Shown in pieces: positions 61,003 to 64,000 of a stretch of DNA of 64,000 nt. The stretch spans positions 2,659-66,658 of the forward strand of contig CAWJVE010000001.1 of assembly GCA_963846255.1 (NCBI GenBank). The letters are read 5' to 3'. Position 1 is the stretch's first letter, and each line of letters begins with the position of its first letter. This DNA comes from an uncultured Solirubrobacteraceae bacterium (GTDB lineage: Bacteria > Actinomycetota > Thermoleophilia > Solirubrobacterales > Solirubrobacteraceae). The position numbers were made by a program, and so were the translations under genes. The notes under the pieces were generated by a model. The model had not been told where the DNA came from. It saw only the letters and a program-made list of their open reading frames with translations, and did not search any database.

Positions 61003-62064
61003 TCAGCCGGCCATCGCCAGCGCGGCATCGAGGGCGGGGACGTAGGTGGGGTCGCGCAGCAGCGCCTGGCGGATGCCCTCGCCGAGCACGCCGCCCTCGC
61101 CGCGGGAGGCGCCCGGGAGCGTCCAGTCCAACTCGCCGCCGTCCGCCCGGTGGGTGTGGGCGCGCAGCCCCCCGGGCCCGCGGGACAGCCGCAGCGAACG
61201 ACCGGACGCGGTCTCGATCGCGACGCTCTCCAGCCCGGGCACCATCAGCTCGGGTGCCGCCTGCAGCTGCAGCGCGACGTCCTGCCGGTTTGCGTGGGCG
61301 CGCCCGCGCAGCGCCTGGCCCTGGGTCAGCAGGGTGGCTTCGCGCCACCCCAGGCGCGAGGCGAGCCAGCCCGTCAGCAGCAGCGCGGCGGCCGTCGAGG
61401 CGGGGTGGTGGCGGACGGTCAGGTCGGTGATCGTGAGCAGTTCCCGCCGCCGCGTCGGCGGATCGAAGCTCGCGGCCACGCGCTCGCGCCAGGGCGTGCT
61501 GCGCAGCCACGCGAGGTCCACGACGTAGGCCTGCTCGCCCAGCTGGCGGGCCCACTGCAGGGCCTCGGCCGGGTTGGGCTCCTCGACCGAGTCGAGCAGG
61601 ACCGCCTGTGAGAGGGGGAGCAGCTCGGAGAGCACCTCGTGGTGGCCGTGTGGGGACCACAGCAGCGTCGGCAGGTCGGTGACCACCAGCGGGTCGGCGA
61701 TCGTCAGCAGGTCGTCGAGGTGGACGTCCCCCAGTTCCACCACCACGGTCTCGCGCAGCAGCGACAGCTCTCCCGGCGAGGAGGCGCCGTCCCTGGAGAT
61801 CGTCACGCGCGCGTCGAGGCGCCGGCGGCTCGGCTCATACGACAGCACCACCATGCGCGAGGCGTGGTAGCGACCGACGCCGCGCAGACGGTTGGCGATC
61901 TCGCCCGTCCAGGCGCGGTCCACGAACGCGATCATGTTCAGGACCCTCGCCGGGACCACCTGGTCGTCGTGCGTGTGGGCCTCGAGCAGCAGCTCGCGAA
62001 GCGCCGCTTCGATCGCGTCCGGCGTCGTCGCCTCGGCGCTCCAGACGGCGTCTTCGGTGGCCAT
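61003..62064 (-). CDS. opcA: Glucose-6-phosphate dehydrogenase assembly protein
   Basis: Directly follows zwf; DLPTLLW, VDLAWLRSTPWRE. Confidence 0.85.
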   Translation of the reverse strand: MATEDAVWSAEATTPDAIEAALRELLLEAHTHDDQVVPARVLNMIAFVDRAWTGEIANRLRGVGRYHASRMVVLSYEPSRRRLDARVTISRDGASSPGELSLLRETVVVELGDVHLDDLLTIADPLVVTDLPTLLWSPHGHHEVLSELLPLSQAVLLDSVEEPNPAEALQWARQLGEQAYVVDLAWLRSTPWRERVAASFDPPTRRRELLTITDLTVRHHPASTAAALLLTGWLASRLGWREATLLTQGQALRGRAHANRQDVALQLQAAPELMVPGLESVAIETASGRSLRLSRGPGGLRAHTHRADGGELDWTLPGASRGEGGVLGEGIRQALLRDPTYVPALDAALAMAG

Positions 62065-63613
62065 CAGATCGCGCGCCAGTGGTCCTCGCCGAGCAGCAGC
62101 CGGTTGGCATCCTCGGGGCCCTGGGATCCCGCTTCGTAGACGGGAAGCGGGTCGCTCGAGGAAGCCCACGAGCGTCACGATCGGGTCGCACACGCGCCAC
62201 TGCGCCTCGACCTCGTCGTTGCGGGTGAAGAGGGTCGCGTCGCCGCGCATCACGTCCGCGATCAGCCGCTCGTAGGCCTCCGGCGACTGCGACAGGAACG
62301 AGGACCCGTACTGGAACTCCATGTTGACCGGGCGGATGATCATGCGCGTGCCGGGGATCTTGGCGCCGAGGCTGAGCGACACGCCCTCGTTGGGCTGCAG
62401 CGTCAGCACCAGCTGGTTGGGGCGCACGCCCAGCGAGCCGTCCTGGCTGAAGGCGAGGTGGGGGACCGGCTTCAGCGTGACGGCGATCTCGGTGATCTTG
62501 CGCGCCAGCCGCTTGCCGGTCCGCAGGTAGAAGGGCACGCCCGCCCAGCGCCAGTTGTCCACTTCCAGGCGCAGGGCCGCGTAGGTCTCGGTGTGGGAGT
62601 CCGCCGGCACGCCCTCCTCTTCGAGGTAGCCCGGAACGTCTTCCCCGCCGGCGTGGCCGGCGCCGTACTGCGCCCTGACGGCGATCTCGCGGACCTCCGC
62701 GGCCGACGGTTCGGGGATCGCGTGCAGGACCTTGACCTTCTCGTTGCGGACGTCTTCGGCGGTGAAGCTGACGGGCGGCTCCATCGCGACGTGGCAGAGC
62801 AGCTGCATCATGTGGTTCTGGATCAGATCCCGTAGCGCACCCGCGTGGTCGTAGTACTCGGCGCGGGAGCCGATCCCGAGGTCCTCGGCGGCGGTGATCT
62901 GGACGCAGTCGATGTAGTTGCGGTTCCACAGCGGCTCGAACATGCCGTTGGCGAAGCGGAACGCCAGCATGTTCTGGACGGTCTCCTTGCCGAGGTAATG
63001 GTCGATGCGGAACACCTGCGACTCCTCGAAGATCGAGAGCACCGTCTGCGTTGAGTTCACGGGCCTCCTGCAGCGTGGTCCCGAACGGCTTCTCGATCAC
63101 CACGCGCACATCCACGCGCTCGTGGTGGTCGAGCTCGGAGTGGCCGAGCTCCTTCACGATCACCGGGAAGAAGCCCGGCGAGGTGGACAGGTAAAAGAGC
63201 CGGTTCAGCGGTTCGCCCGCCTCGCCTTCGAAGCCGTCGAGGAGCCCTGAGAGCCGCTGATAGACAGCGGCGTCGTCGAAGTTCCCGGCCACGTAGCGGA
63301 CGTTGGCGTGCAGCGACTCGAGCACGTCGGGGTCCGGCTGACGCCGCGAGAAGCGCCGGATCGCCTCCACGCATTCGTCGGCGAACTCCGCGTCCGTCCG
63401 TTCCCGGCGGGCCACCCCGATCACGTGGAAGTGGCCGGGGAGGACCCCGTCGTGGGCGAGGTTGTAGAGCGCGGGCAGCAGTTTTCGCCGCGACAGGTCC
63501 CCGGTGGCGCCGAAGATGACCAGCGAGGCGGGGGCGACCGGCTGGCGCTCGAGGCCCGCCGTCAGCGGGTTCTCCTGCTCGACGCCGGCCTGGCCCTCGG
63601 CGGCGATCGCCAT
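62064..63613 (-). CDS. zwf: Glucose-6-phosphate 1-dehydrogenase (two apparent frameshifts)
   Basis: FGATGDL, IEKPFG, RIDHYLGKE, RDLIQNH, RWAGVPFYLRTGKR. Confidence 0.93.
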
Positions 63614-64000
63614 CAGCGTTTCGCGCTCTTGACGGCGTGCCCGCCGAACTGGTTGCGCAGCGCGGCCAGCACGCGGTCGGCGAAGTCCCCGTTGCCCCGC
63701 GAGCGCAGGCGCGCATACAGCGAGGCCGTGATCACGGGCGTCGGCACGTCGTGGTCGGTCGCGTCCTGGATCGTCCAGCGCCCCTCGCCAGAGTCCTCGG
63801 TATAGCCCTCGATCGCCGCGAGATCGTTGCCGTCGGCTTCGAAGGCGCGGGCGGCAAGTTCGCACAGCCACGAGCGGACCACCGAGCCCTGACCCCAGAG
63901 GTGGGCGATCTTGGCGTTGTCGAGCTCGTACTCGCACTTGTCGAACACATCGAAACCCTCGGCGTAGGCCTGCATCAGCCCGTACTCGACGCCGTTGTGG
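63613..64000 (-). CDS. gnd: 6-phosphogluconate dehydrogenase, short form (5'-truncated)
   Basis: HNGVEYGLMQAYAEG, GSVVRSWL, DSGEGRWT, LRNQFGGH. Confidence 0.93.
   Translation of the reverse strand, partial: HNGVEYGLMQAYAEGFDVFDKCEYELDNAKIAHLWGQGSVVRSWLCELAARAFEADGNDLAAIEGYTEDSGEGRWTIQDATDHDVPTPVITASLYARLRSRGNGDFADRVLAALRNQFGGHAVKSAKR

Noticed and set aside
61003-63060. Apparent Zwf-OpcA fusion
   Set aside because: An indel near 62170 shifts the frame. The true Zwf end (GEDHWRAI*) overlaps the opcA ATG.
1-64000. Many frameshifted genes read as pseudogenes, programmed frameshifts or phase variation
   Set aside because: Indels also hit zwf and the histidine phosphatase, catalytic motifs are mostly intact and in-frame nonsense codons are scarce. 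This is most consistent with long-read sequencing error, but it needs read-level confirmation.
1-64000. Long antisense and alternate-frame ORFs rich in Arg/Pro/Ala/Gly
   Set aside because: These are expected shadow ORFs in high-GC DNA and carry no recognisable motifs.
1-64000. CRISPR arrays, tRNA/rRNA genes, transposases, integrases, phage genes
   Set aside because: None were recognised. The repeated DNA segments correspond to paralogous sulfotransferase coding motifs.

Overview
High-GC actinobacterial DNA. The gene content and protein styles suggest Thermoleophilia/Solirubrobacterales, which is an inference. Many scattered single-base indels, including in housekeeping zwf, look like uncorrected long-read errors. 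About 35 kb (3.2-38.7 kb) is a surface-glycan locus dominated by sulfation chemistry. It encodes a priming phosphoglycosyl transferase, 8 GT4-like glycosyltransferase genes (one a GT4-GT4 fusion), a degenerate Wzz/Wzc protein, a Wzy/ligase-like membrane protein, a PglK/MsbA-like ABC exporter and 8 PAPS-dependent sulfotransferases (6 close paralogs, 1 divergent, 1 Stf0-type). It also encodes a sulfatase, a PIG-L de-N-acetylase, 3 SAM methyltransferases (one FkbM-type), a TauE exporter and fused CysN/CysC. A 9th sulfotransferase, the 7th close paralog, lies 15 kb further on among beta-oxidation genes. The locus is bracketed by phosphate-related genes (PstS-like on the left; phosphoesterase, DUF2334 and uppP on the right) that carry 11-bp-periodic PHO-box-like repeats. 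The rest of the window holds mscS, a ribD-like reductase, csp, a GT-C/GT4 pair, arfB, cupin, rhodanese, acyl-CoA dehydrogenase, thiolase, SDR, egtB/egtD and the gnd-zwf-opcA-pgl operon. The best candidate for an undescribed system is a heavily sulfated and methylated, possibly N-sulfated (glycosaminoglycan-like) actinobacterial cell-surface glycan that may be linked to phosphate limitation.
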